Source of the DNA: a virus
IMG/VR virus record: IMGVR_UViG_3300020578_000017
Span: 52,450 to 116,449 of that record
DNA length: 64,000 nucleotides
Direction: 5' to 3' (one strand)
Part shown: positions 39,182 through 47,759 of the stretch, piece by piece
Layout: each line of letters opens with the position of its first letter
Position numbering within the stretch: the stretch's first letter is position 1
Notes under the pieces: model-generated
Database searches by the model: none
The model's input: the letters and a program-made list of their open reading frames with translations, nothing else
Told to the model about the DNA's origin: nothing
Position numbers and translations under genes: made by a program

Positions 39182-39834
39182 AACAAGAACCTTGAAGGGC
39201 CGTTAACGCAGAGACTCTTGACTCTCTCAATATTATCATAGACCTCACAGTTACCCTTCAATGGGCAGAAGTTGCACTTACCTGTAACTTTGACACTGTA
39301 CTCACCTTTTGCTAGCCATGATGAAATACGCTGTATTATCTCAAAGTTTTCTACCGGAGGTTCGACTGACAAATGTTCTGTTCCAGTAGTCAGCCAGGCT
39401 CTGTCTGCCTTAACACCTAAATCTCTAAGAGCTTGTAAGGCTACACAGATAGATAGTAAATGATTATCTTTTATGTTTTTTGGCAAACTCTTCAGAAAGA
39501 ATATAGGCTCAACTAAACCACTGACGACCCTTACTGCGAAGCAGTTGACAAACACAGACAAGCTCTTGCTATAAAGCAAGACTTGTGAATCTTCGTCGTC
39601 ACCACCAAAGAAATAAGGTTCGTTGTCCCATAAGTTCTTGTTGCACACATTGTGCAGCATATCCATATAGGCAACAAGGTCCTCTCTATTGAGGACCTTG
39701 TCTTCTTCTGAAGCGTTAACTTCGTTTCTTAGTCTATAGAATTCGTGGCAGTAGTAATAAGCCAGGAGTTCATCTATTCTAAAAACCAAACGACTCACTA
39801 GTCTCCAGTTCATAGCTAAAGTAAAGTTCATCAA
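39178..39834 (-). CDS. degenerate Cas4/AddB-like Fe-S protein
   Basis: YYYCHEFY near N-terminus and CNFCPLKGNC near C-terminus, as in 14570..15418, but no clear PD-(D/E)XK residues; true start probably downstream. Confidence 0.5.
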   Translation of the reverse strand: MMNFTLAMNWRLVSRLVFRIDELLAYYYCHEFYRLRNEVNASEEDKVLNREDLVAYMDMLHNVCNKNLWDNEPYFFGGDDEDSQVLLYSKSLSVFVNCFAVRVVSGLVEPIFFLKSLPKNIKDNHLLSICVALQALRDLGVKADRAWLTTGTEHLSVEPPVENFEIIQRISSWLAKGEYSVKVTGKCNFCPLKGNCEVYDNIERVKSLCVNGPSRFLF

Positions 39835-40114
39835 TGCCTGAAATCGCAGTCAAAACATCTCTTACTGCATCTGCTTCATAATCCTGAAAAGGCTCTGGGT
39901 CCTTTACGATATGAAGACCTCGCTTTTTACTTGTACGAGCAAGCAAACGGGAGTCATCACCAAAATCAATATCTAGATTGTCAATTACTTTCTGAAGTTC
40001 CTTTGTTGTATCAAAGTCACCTACAACTTTAATCCAGATAGGCTCTTCAGTGTTGTTATCATTATACGACATGATATGTAATATCTTTTTCCTTTTATTA
40101 GTTACTACCGCCAA
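39779..40114 (-). CDS. hypothetical protein
   Basis: 111-aa ORF heading the holB/holA unit. Confidence 0.55.
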   Translation of the reverse strand: MAVVTNKRKKILHIMSYNDNNTEEPIWIKVVGDFDTTKELQKVIDNLDIDFGDDSRLLARTSKKRGLHIVKDPEPFQDYEADAVRDVLTAISGIDELYFSYELETSESFGF

Positions 40115-40140
40115 ACCAATATAGTAAATACTGGATTCTC

Positions 40141-40572
40141 ATGATAAAGAATTTTCTAGCAACTGCTGTACTTCTTTGCTCTACCTACAAACCTGTTGAA
40201 TATCCTAAAAATATGGAAAGTCCACATTTTCATGTACAGGAAAATGGAGATGGCATCAAGTACTGGATAGTTCTAGAACCAAAGTGTGTAGTAGAAACCG
40301 TATACACCAAAGGCGATCCAATAGGAACTGAAATTACAATACTTGACCCAGAAAATACCGATCAAAAATCGATAGTTAATTTTGTCAACTCTATCGAAGG
40401 TATCGATCAAGAAACTTATCCTATGACCTTTGCCGGTATGAATGAAGATCATTCTCAAATGTATACGCTAACAAGCAGCGAACACATACTTTTGTGGAAA
40501 CGTAATCCTTCTACCGAAAAGATAGAAAAGATTATCATTGTCTACCACAAACAGAATGAGTTACACTTTTAA
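40141..40572 (+). CDS. hypothetical exported protein or lipoprotein
   Basis: N-terminal MIKNFLATAVLLC signal-like segment. Confidence 0.55.
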   Translation: MIKNFLATAVLLCSTYKPVEYPKNMESPHFHVQENGDGIKYWIVLEPKCVVETVYTKGDPIGTEITILDPENTDQKSIVNFVNSIEGIDQETYPMTFAGMNEDHSQMYTLTSSEHILLWKRNPSTEKIEKIIIVYHKQNELHF

Positions 40573-41343
40573 AGCGTAACCTTCGATAAACATAAACTTG
40601 AACAGGTAGTACGGTAAATATCCGTAACCATGATCTCCCCAGCTTTTGCTCCAGGAGTTTCTGATAGTAAACCTTTGAAATAGGTCATCATACCCGACGA
40701 TAGTCACGGCGTGCTGGCCTATTTTCTTTCCATTTTTATCAGGAGGTGAAATCTCACCTGTCCGATAAACAAAAACCCCAAACAGGCTCTCATACACATC
40801 TAACAAGACAGCTACTGGTAGACCTTCTACCAAGCAAGCTTTGACTTCTTCTAACCTTTCAAGTCTGTAAGCTTTTTTAACTTTTGCAGATCTTGCTAAC
40901 ATTTCTATTTCATCGCTGCCATAAGATTGCAAAGTAGCTAAATTGTGTTCACCTAATCTTTCAGGACAGCAACCTTTAGTTCTTAGAACTTCAATTGCGT
41001 CTACAAAACTGGTAACTGTATTTCTTGAGTCAATGAAAAGGGCATTTTTGTCTTTATCATAAACATACAAAGAAGAAAGTCTATAGCTTTTTTCTGGGTA
41101 AGCCTTCTTAAAAACAAACTCAAGACAACCACTAACAAGAGAAATACCGATAGAAGATTCAATTGGACCTTGATCCATGACTTCTTCAAAAAGATTGGAA
41201 TCTCTTAGATCTACCTTCAAGGGTTTTTTGGCTAGAACCTTGAAAATATTTCTAAAAGCATATCTGTCAGTAAGTAGTAATCTCTTTAGATCTCTCTTAC
41301 TAGCTGAAGCTTTTACAGTATACACAGTATTTTTAGGTTTCAT
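40561..41343 (-). CDS. papain-like (C1A) peptidase homologue with catalytic Cys replaced by Ser
   Basis: VDLR, DQGPIESS (canonical DQGxxGSC), LSSLYVY, GQHAVTIVGYDD, IRNSWSKSWGDHGY. Confidence 0.85.
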   Translation of the reverse strand: MKPKNTVYTVKASASKRDLKRLLLTDRYAFRNIFKVLAKKPLKVDLRDSNLFEEVMDQGPIESSIGISLVSGCLEFVFKKAYPEKSYRLSSLYVYDKDKNALFIDSRNTVTSFVDAIEVLRTKGCCPERLGEHNLATLQSYGSDEIEMLARSAKVKKAYRLERLEEVKACLVEGLPVAVLLDVYESLFGVFVYRTGEISPPDKNGKKIGQHAVTIVGYDDLFQRFTIRNSWSKSWGDHGYGYLPYYLFKFMFIEGYALKV

Positions 41344-41734
41344 CTAAGAAATTAGTTTCAATAGAAACTTACTAAATTGTCAAAGTACTTTATTAGATCT
41401 TTTTATGATCTGAAAGATTTAATTTAATCACCTTACTACTAATCATACTCTTGAACGTTTTGAACTTCGTCTTCTTGCTTATCAGCTTTATCGTACTTGT
41501 TCTTATCGTCTTCGTCGTCGTCAACTTATTCGTCTTAGTTTTTTTTTAAAGTTTGATCCCTTTGGGATAATTCCAAAGTTAGATAGTTATCTACTTACTT
41601 GAATTGAAGTTCCGTGAGTAGCTGTAAGGAACGGATTGGTTTGCTTGACCGTGTACCGTAGCAATTTTCTGCTCCGTCTTCCAACTCCTTATAGGAGATT
41701 TACTGGAATCTTTTGAAAGAAATTATGAAAAAAT

Positions 41735-42079
41735 TTACAGTTCGCCGTCTTTGACGAGACCAGATTCTTCGATGAAACCTGTCGAAAAGTACTCAATAAG
41801 ATAAACATCAAGAGCTTCGTCAGGAGTAGAGTCACGATGCTCTCCTGTCTCCTGGCTGTAAATATCGTAATACGTATTTACCAAGAACAAGTCAAACTTC
41901 GTATTGACAAGAAGAGGCATCAAGCCTGTCTCTTTGAAATATCTTTCTATTTGTCCAAGATGTAAAAAATGTACGATGTTTTCCGTATTTTTTACTTTAT
42001 AGCTTTTACCGCCGAGAGATGCATATAGTGAAACTTCTCTGCGTACTAAGCTGATATCTTTCTTTGGAGGTTTCAACAA
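41735..42079 (-). CDS. hypothetical protein
   Basis: 114 aa with GGGAGG RBS before TTG. Confidence 0.6.
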   Translation of the reverse strand: MLKPPKKDISLVRREVSLYASLGGKSYKVKNTENIVHFLHLGQIERYFKETGLMPLLVNTKFDLFLVNTYYDIYSQETGEHRDSTPDEALDVYLIEYFSTGFIEESGLVKDGEL

Positions 42080-42125
42080 ATACCTCCCTTTACGGATAAT
42101 AGTGTTGTTACTCTAACCTAAAATA

Positions 42126-42590
42126 TCAAAGAATCTTGGAAGACAAAACACAACCTGTCAGAAATTCTGCATCCTGAGGCTCTACACGGCCCTGTATGAC
42201 TTCTTTTAGAACGTCTAGATACTTCGGGAGGTTGAGTATTTCTGATTGAACCTCAAGCCTCTGAGATTCCCTTTCAGCAACATCCTCTACCTTGCCGACT
42301 CTTTTGAAGGTTGGTGCATGCTCTGAGTACAAGGATACTGTCTTCAGGCTATTAATGTTTATGTTTCCCTGGGCAGTTTCAAAAGCTTCTCTGTCAAGAC
42401 AATGATGAAAAATTCCATAATGTAAATTTTCTGGTGTTAGCTCAATGAACTCATCGAATGGCTCTAACCAGAAAAGATGAATGTCGATGTAGAAGCCATC
42501 TTGTTCGTGAGAATGGCGAAACCAACCTTTGAACTTAGTCCCGATCTCATCGCTTAGAGAGACCCAGGAATCATTCATCATAGTTTGCAT
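42126..42590 (-). CDS. hypothetical protein
   Basis: 154 aa overlapping the upstream gene. Confidence 0.55.
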   Translation of the reverse strand: MQTMMNDSWVSLSDEIGTKFKGWFRHSHEQDGFYIDIHLFWLEPFDEFIELTPENLHYGIFHHCLDREAFETAQGNININSLKTVSLYSEHAPTFKRVGKVEDVAERESQRLEVQSEILNLPKYLDVLKEVIQGRVEPQDAEFLTGCVLSSKIL

Positions 42591-42849
42591 CTTGTTCTTC
42601 CTGCATGGAAATCATACTTGCAATAAGTCCTGTTGCTCTGTACGTTTGTAAAAAAGCATCTTCTGGTCTTATATTCATATATAGTAAAGGTTGCCCTTTG
42701 TCAGGAACTACAATAGAAATTATACCTTTTAGAGTAATATCTTTTGTTTCTTCTACGATTGCATCAAATAACTCTCGGGTTTTTTCGTCGTTATACTTTG
42801 AAACATCGATAACCTTGAAAGACTTAATCTTCTTTTTCTTCTTTGACAT
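42571..42849 (-). CDS. hypothetical protein
   Basis: 92 aa in a chain of overlapping ORFs. Confidence 0.55.
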   Translation of the reverse strand: MSKKKKKIKSFKVIDVSKYNDEKTRELFDAIVEETKDITLKGIISIVVPDKGQPLLYMNIRPEDAFLQTYRATGLIASMISMQEEQDANYDE

Positions 42850-43204
42850 TACTCTTACTCAATCTTTTGATAAGGTATTCAATTTTATCTAGCTTGTCAG
42901 CTATTTCTGCAACCGATAGTCTGTTTTCAAGATTACTTACATAAGACTCTTCCAAGGTTTTACGATCTCTATCCGCTGCTCTGTTTTGACTCATAAGAAC
43001 AAAACAAGCTGAGATAGCAGCTTCCGTAGATAAGGCAAGATTTAAAAAGATGAATGGAAAAGGATCAAAGACATAAGCGCTACCTGACGTATTGAAGGTA
43101 ACCCAAGCTATTATAAGAATAGCATGAAAAATAAAACCTTTCCAACTACCTACAAAGTTGGTTATATTATCACTTAAATGTTGTGTTAAAGATTTTTTTC
43201 TCAT
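42824..43204 (-). CDS. DUF1003-family membrane protein
   Basis: DNITNFVGSW, FDPFPFIFLNLALSTEAA..LMSQNRAADRD. Confidence 0.85.
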   Translation of the reverse strand: MRKKSLTQHLSDNITNFVGSWKGFIFHAILIIAWVTFNTSGSAYVFDPFPFIFLNLALSTEAAISACFVLMSQNRAADRDRKTLEESYVSNLENRLSVAEIADKLDKIEYLIKRLSKSNVKEEKED

Positions 43205-43413
43205 TTACTGGCCTCAAACTCATCAGAAAGATGATTTCTGAAACATTCTTTACAAAAAGTGTATTGTTTTTTATATTTTCTGGTATCAGATTTCTTTGTT
43301 ACATAAAAAACATCTGCGTGAGTCATTAAATACTCCAGGCAGTTGGCACAATAAGATATTGCTCGTTCTGGTGCGTCAAAAGCGGATAGCTTCATTCTGA
43401 TTCGAAAAATCAT
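43201..43413 (-). CDS. small Zn-finger protein
   Basis: CANC and CKEC pairs. Confidence 0.55.
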   Translation of the reverse strand: MIFRIRMKLSAFDAPERAISYCANCLEYLMTHADVFYVTKKSDTRKYKKQYTFCKECFRNHLSDEFEASK

Positions 43414-43724
43414 AGGACGCTTCCAAAGGTAGGGGGAAGCGGAACGGGTGACATTGGCACAGGAGTGACGCTGACTTGTGCAGCAGGGCTACCAGCAGTG
43501 GATATGGTCCCTGGTGGAGCAATCAGTGCCGGTGGAATAGTCACGTTAACCTGAACCATGATGTTCTGAACAAAATCGGCAATAGCGTTGGATAACTCTG
43601 CAGCAAGTTCTTGAGCTTGAAGTTCGGCAGGCTTGTTAGTTTTTGAGTTCTGAACAGAGTTAAGGTAAACCTGAGTGAGCCTTGCCTGAAGCGCTAATTT
43701 ATTTACTGCGTGTGGAATACCCAT
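43410..43724 (-). CDS. hypothetical protein, possibly baseplate/spike associated
   Basis: helical N-half followed by VNVTIPP..TAGSPAAQ. Confidence 0.45.
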   Translation of the reverse strand: MGIPHAVNKLALQARLTQVYLNSVQNSKTNKPAELQAQELAAELSNAIADFVQNIMVQVNVTIPPALIAPPGTISTAGSPAAQVSVTPVPMSPVPLPPTFGSVL

Positions 43725-43778
43725 AAAATTTCTTATACTTCTTTCGTTTCTCGCTTATACAAGAATAAGGTAATCTAA

Positions 43779-43832
43779 ATGTTATATCGAAATAACTTTA
43801 TTCAAGGACTAGCTTACCACGCCGGAGCCTAA
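43779..43832 (+). CDS. candidate leader peptide MLYRNNFIQGLAYHAGA
   Basis: AAGG 8 nt before ATG; tandem AAT AAC Asn codons; TAA falls in the terminator loop. Confidence 0.5.
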   Translation: MLYRNNFIQGLAYHAGA

Positions 43833-43851
43833 TGGCTCCGGCTTTTCTTTT
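43821..43851 (+). terminator. intrinsic terminator/attenuator in the operon leader
   Basis: GCCGGAGCC-TAAT-GGCTCCGGC followed by TTTTCTTTT, just upstream of AGGAG and ATG 43871. Confidence 0.8.
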
Positions 43852-43870
43852 AACCAGGAGAATTTTATTA

Positions 43871-44908
43871 ATGAATACACACCAGCAAAAAGTAGCCCTA
43901 TTTAAAATGGCAAGCTCAGCCCTCAAGGGTGCGAGAAAATACCTAGATAGCCATAACTTCCATGATGTATCATTACAAATGCCTCACATCGTAGGCGTAA
44001 CTGGCGCTTGTGAGAATGTCAGTACTCTATTTAAAGTCGATTATTTTGGCAAGGAAGCTTTTTTGGCTCAGAGTAACCAACTTTACTTGGAGCTTTGGAC
44101 TCCACATTTGTTTAACGTATCTTGTTTAGTTCGTTCTTTCCGTGCAGAGCCAGATGTAGATGCCAGGCATCAAACTGAGTTTGGCCTACTTGAATTAGAG
44201 CTACTAGGCAACCTGGACCTTCTAATCGAAAGAATTAGTGGTACTGTGAGAGCAGCTTGTAATGAGGTTGCTTGGAATCACGGTGAAGAGCTAAATAATC
44301 TTTTTGGTCGCAATCCAAAAGATATCACAGACCTAAAATTCCAAAGAGTCACTTATGTTGAAGCTATTGAACTACTTAATCAAGATAAGTTCCCAGAACT
44401 AAAGTTTGGTGACGACCTAAAGGCAGATCACGAGCTACGTTTAACTGAGCTTCTAAACGGCCCAATCTTCATTACGCATTACCCCAAGGAAATCAAGTTC
44501 TTCAATATGAAGGCAAACGCTCAGAACGATAGACTAGTCAACTCAACAGACTTGATTCTTCCCTTGTCTGGAGAGTCTGCTGGCGCCGCTGAGCGTGAGA
44601 CTGACGTTTTCCAGATTTGCGAGAAGCTTCTCAGCAACAGCATGTACCGAATCCTCAAGGAGACAACCAATGTCCAGGACGAAGACTTCGACTGGTACCT
44701 CAACGCCCACCTTGAGGAGCCCCAAGAAAACGTATTGAAACTTTACCGCGAGCATATAATCAATGGGACTTCTCCCTTGAAGGCGAAGAAGATTCCACTA
44801 CACAGTGGCACGGGTATGGGCATGGATCGAATCATGCAGTTCATCATCGGTTCATCTGATATTCGTAAAGCAAGAGTATATCCCAGAAATGCAGCCTGCC
44901 TCGAATAA
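43871..44908 (+). CDS. AsnRS-like protein lacking the anticodon-binding domain (archaeal-type asparagine synthetase A-like)
   Basis: GACE..LFKVDYFG..AFLAQSNQLYLE, motif 2 SFRAE..RHQTEF, PIFITHYP..KFFNMK, DLILP..GE..G.AERE, motif 3 HSGTGMGMDR; no N-terminal OB fold; start placed after AGGAG. Confidence 0.85.
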   Translation: MNTHQQKVALFKMASSALKGARKYLDSHNFHDVSLQMPHIVGVTGACENVSTLFKVDYFGKEAFLAQSNQLYLELWTPHLFNVSCLVRSFRAEPDVDARHQTEFGLLELELLGNLDLLIERISGTVRAACNEVAWNHGEELNNLFGRNPKDITDLKFQRVTYVEAIELLNQDKFPELKFGDDLKADHELRLTELLNGPIFITHYPKEIKFFNMKANAQNDRLVNSTDLILPLSGESAGAAERETDVFQICEKLLSNSMYRILKETTNVQDEDFDWYLNAHLEEPQENVLKLYREHIINGTSPLKAKKIPLHSGTGMGMDRIMQFIIGSSDIRKARVYPRNAACLE

Positions 44909-45584
44909 GTTAGCTGAAGCAATCAAATACAAGAAAACACATCTTTGTATCGGAATTGATCCTCCAGAGAAGTGTTATCCTTCAAAGATTGTCGATATAG
45001 TTAAAAATACCAAAGATTATTGTGTAGCCTATAAGATTAATTTGGCTCACTTTATTTCTAAGACTTCGTTTTACGAGCTATATCAAATAATTTCAGAAAT
45101 TACATCAATATGTCCTGAAAATGTTCTCATTCTTGACGGCAAGTTTGGTGACATTGGTTCAACAAATGATTACTATGCAAAATTGAATCAAGTAAAACAT
45201 ATTGACGGACTAACTTTAAACCCATACTGCGGCATAGATAACTTAGAGCCCTTCTTTAAACAGGAGGGCTCGCTCCATTTTGTATTAACAAGAATGTCTC
45301 AACCTAGTTTTGTACAGACTAGAGAAGTTTGTACAGAAATAGTAAAACAAACCAAAGGTCGTTGTGGTTATGTTTTAACCACAAGAGAAGAAGACTACTT
45401 CGACCTGGTTTGTGATCTTGCAGAAGATAGTTTTCTTCTTCTAGTTGGTATTGGTGCTCAAGGAGGAAAGATTAGCTTAATGAACAAGATTAAGCATAAT
45501 AACTTCATCTTTAACGTTAGTAGACCCTTCTTTGAAGATGAAAACGTAGTTAACACAGCAAAGTTTTATGCCGGAATCAAATAA
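44889..45584 (+). CDS. pyrF: orotidine-5'-phosphate decarboxylase
   Basis: LCIGIDP, YKIN, LDGKFGDIGST, TLNPY, GIGAQGG, NVSR; start at ATG 44889. Confidence 0.9.
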   Translation: MQPASNKLAEAIKYKKTHLCIGIDPPEKCYPSKIVDIVKNTKDYCVAYKINLAHFISKTSFYELYQIISEITSICPENVLILDGKFGDIGSTNDYYAKLNQVKHIDGLTLNPYCGIDNLEPFFKQEGSLHFVLTRMSQPSFVQTREVCTEIVKQTKGRCGYVLTTREEDYFDLVCDLAEDSFLLLVGIGAQGGKISLMNKIKHNNFIFNVSRPFFEDENVVNTAKFYAGIK

Positions 45585-46143
45585 ACCACCAGCTATTAGA
45601 ATGTTTGAAACCTTTGGGGTTATAAACAAAGGTCACTTTCAACTAAGCTCCGGTAAGCATTCAGATACTTATCTACAATGTGCAAAGTTAGATGCTAGTC
45701 CTTATGCACTACTTTCTATTGCGGGTAAGTTATTCGACCAAAACCTTATGTGGAAGCATGATGTAACCCATGTAGTAGCTCCTGCTATGGGAGCGGTTCT
45801 TTTTGGTTATACTTTGGCACTAACCATGTCAAAAACATTTATGTACCTGGAGCGTGAAAACGGTGCTCTTACTTTTAGAAGAGGATTCAGCCTCCCTGAA
45901 GGTGCAAGAGTTTTATGCATAGAAGATGTAGTCACAACTGCAAAAACAATGAATGAAGTTGTGAGCATTGTAAACTCTTATGGTGCAAAAGTTGTAGATA
46001 GAGTTTGTATCGTCAATAGAAGTAATGACGATAGCTTAAAGAGCTTTGTAAAGCTAAAAGTAGAAACATGGGACCCAGAAGAGTGCCCCATGTGTGAAGA
46101 AGGCAAGATACCGGCTAGTTATCCGGGAAGTCGTAAGATCTAG
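45568..46143 (+). CDS. pyrE: orotate phosphoribosyltransferase (Thermus-type)
   Basis: GHFQLSSGKHSDTYLQCA, APAMG, FRRGF, PRPP loop IEDVVTT, C-terminal CPMC..PGSR. Confidence 0.9.
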   Translation: MPESNKPPAIRMFETFGVINKGHFQLSSGKHSDTYLQCAKLDASPYALLSIAGKLFDQNLMWKHDVTHVVAPAMGAVLFGYTLALTMSKTFMYLERENGALTFRRGFSLPEGARVLCIEDVVTTAKTMNEVVSIVNSYGAKVVDRVCIVNRSNDDSLKSFVKLKVETWDPEECPMCEEGKIPASYPGSRKI

Positions 46144-46315
46144 TATTGTCACCAATGACCTGAAGTGTGTGTATTCTAGATTGCAGGCAACGGTGAAGAT
46201 AATTATTTTGCTTCTTAGAGATAACTCTCTTCTTTTTTCGAGTAACCGTATACTTCGGTACGATTCTTAGAAACAAGCTAACAAGTAAAGCAAAAGTAGC
46301 TATAAGTATCTTCAC
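46115..46315 (-). CDS. small hypothetical membrane-anchored protein
   Basis: hydrophobic N-terminus followed by a basic stretch; directly after the HNH gene. Confidence 0.4.
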   Translation of the reverse strand: MKILIATFALLVSLFLRIVPKYTVTRKKKRVISKKQNNYLHRCLQSRIHTLQVIGDNTRSYDFPDN

Positions 46316-46319
46316 TTAG

Positions 46320-46844
46320 CTAAAAGTCCTTCCAAAAGTCTGAGTAAGATTCACCAACGCTATAGTCCTTGAGTTTTATGATAGGCATATTAGCCTCTTC
46401 AGGGGTCATATTTGCTTTTTTATTATTGCAAGGGTTACAACACGTCACCAGGTTATCCCAAGAATCCTGACCGCCTCGTGATTTAGGTATGATGTGGTCC
46501 AGAGTAAGCGCAGACTTAGATCCGCAATACTGACAAGTGTATCGATCACGCTTTAGTATGCCATTTCTGGACGGAGCTGTTCTTGACTTCAAGAACTTCT
46601 TGTCTACGGGATGTATAAGCCTGATACAGAATGGAATCTTGAAGGTATCTCCGCTGACTAGTTCTTGAAGATGTGTAGGAAATACGAACCTTCGGTTCCT
46701 ATTAAGTTTAATAAACCCTACGTACTTACCTTGAGTATGCTCCGCTGGTATGGCGCGGCCCGTAATCAGCATAATGACAGTGCGCCTAGCATCCAGCTTA
46801 GCTAGCGGGATGTAGTAACTGTCTATCAGGATGGTACTCTGCAT
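46320..46844 (-). CDS. HNH endonuclease (McrA-like)
   Basis: ILKRDRYTCQYCG..LTLDHIIPKSRGG.DSWDNLVTCC.PCNNKK. Confidence 0.9.
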   Translation of the reverse strand: MQSTILIDSYYIPLAKLDARRTVIMLITGRAIPAEHTQGKYVGFIKLNRNRRFVFPTHLQELVSGDTFKIPFCIRLIHPVDKKFLKSRTAPSRNGILKRDRYTCQYCGSKSALTLDHIIPKSRGGQDSWDNLVTCCNPCNNKKANMTPEEANMPIIKLKDYSVGESYSDFWKDF

Positions 46845-46916
46845 CTACAAACCTGAACAATAAAAGACTTCTTAACTGTCTATAGTAGAGCAGAAGAGAG
46901 GAGGTTAGTTTATTCT

Positions 46917-47357
46917 ATGAATGCCTTAGATCAAACTAAGAATCCAGAGCTGATTTCAAAAATAGCTGCCGTGGCAAACTCATGCAAAGAGTCTTTTCCA
47001 AGGGCTGAAATACTTCTAGACCCTTTCAATAAAGAAACGATGGGTGAAAGCTGGGAAGACTACGTAGAGATGACGCAGAACTCTGTAGACCTGGCTATTA
47101 AAACAAAAGCTGGAGTGTTCTCTATCTACATTGTAGGTCAGGAAGAAGACCTTAAAAAGTGCCAGTTTGTTTGTATAGATTACGTTTCAGATAATCTTCA
47201 ACATGTATGGGAAGCAGAGTTTGACTTTCTAAAGAAGACAAAGAAAGAACTAATGCTTACCTGTAAAGAAAATGGAAACATTCCTAGTTACCTAAGAAGC
47301 AAGATCAATGATCTTTGCGGGAAGCTATTTTATATCTTTGACCCTTTAGCTAAGTAA
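46917..47357 (+). CDS. hypothetical protein
   Basis: 146 aa; GGAGG upstream. Confidence 0.55.
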   Translation: MNALDQTKNPELISKIAAVANSCKESFPRAEILLDPFNKETMGESWEDYVEMTQNSVDLAIKTKAGVFSIYIVGQEEDLKKCQFVCIDYVSDNLQHVWEAEFDFLKKTKKELMLTCKENGNIPSYLRSKINDLCGKLFYIFDPLAK

Positions 47358-47734
47358 GCTAAAACTACTCTTGAAACAGCGCTGCTCTTTTCCATGCTGC
47401 GCTCTAGCTTCTTTTTGGCTTTATAGTCCTTCTGAAGTACATCAGGGACATCTTTAGTTTTACGTATCTTATCAGAGATCGTATCTCTAATTAAACCAAG
47501 CTTTGGATCATCTACCCAAAGCTCTAGGTTTCCTATATTATTGTTGTCCTGTACGCCATCTTTGTGCTGAACTTGTTCGTTATTACGCAAGAATCTACCT
47601 AAGTATTGTTCCATAACGAGACGGTGCTCGTATATGTAACCGTTGCTCATCGCATTTGGATGATCAGGTAAATAAACCCAGACATAACCGTTAGAGTTTT
47701 CTGGATTATCATCGGCAAATTTTATAAGGCCCAT
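47330..47734 (-). CDS. HNH (HNH_3-type) nuclease-domain protein
   Basis: GYVWVYLPDHP..GYIYEHRLVME.YLGR.L...E.VQHKDG..DNN..GNLELW. Confidence 0.85.
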   Translation of the reverse strand: MGLIKFADDNPENSNGYVWVYLPDHPNAMSNGYIYEHRLVMEQYLGRFLRNNEQVQHKDGVQDNNNIGNLELWVDDPKLGLIRDTISDKIRKTKDVPDVLQKDYKAKKKLERSMEKSSAVSRVVLAYLAKGSKI

Positions 47735-47759
47735 ATAAGAACTTTTTATAAAATTTATA

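Noticed and set aside
43725-43860. T-box riboswitch or PyrR-binding leader
   Set aside because: The leader is too short for a T-box and I found neither the UGGNACC T-box bulge nor the PyrR AGUCC/AGAGAG motifs.
43832-43870. ORF-track start of the AsnRS-like gene at 43832
   Set aside because: That ATG lies inside the terminator hairpin; AGGAG at 43856-43860 supports ATG 43871.
46320-47734. HNH genes as intron- or intein-encoded homing endonucleases
   Set aside because: Both are free-standing, with no interrupted host gene or splice motifs around them.
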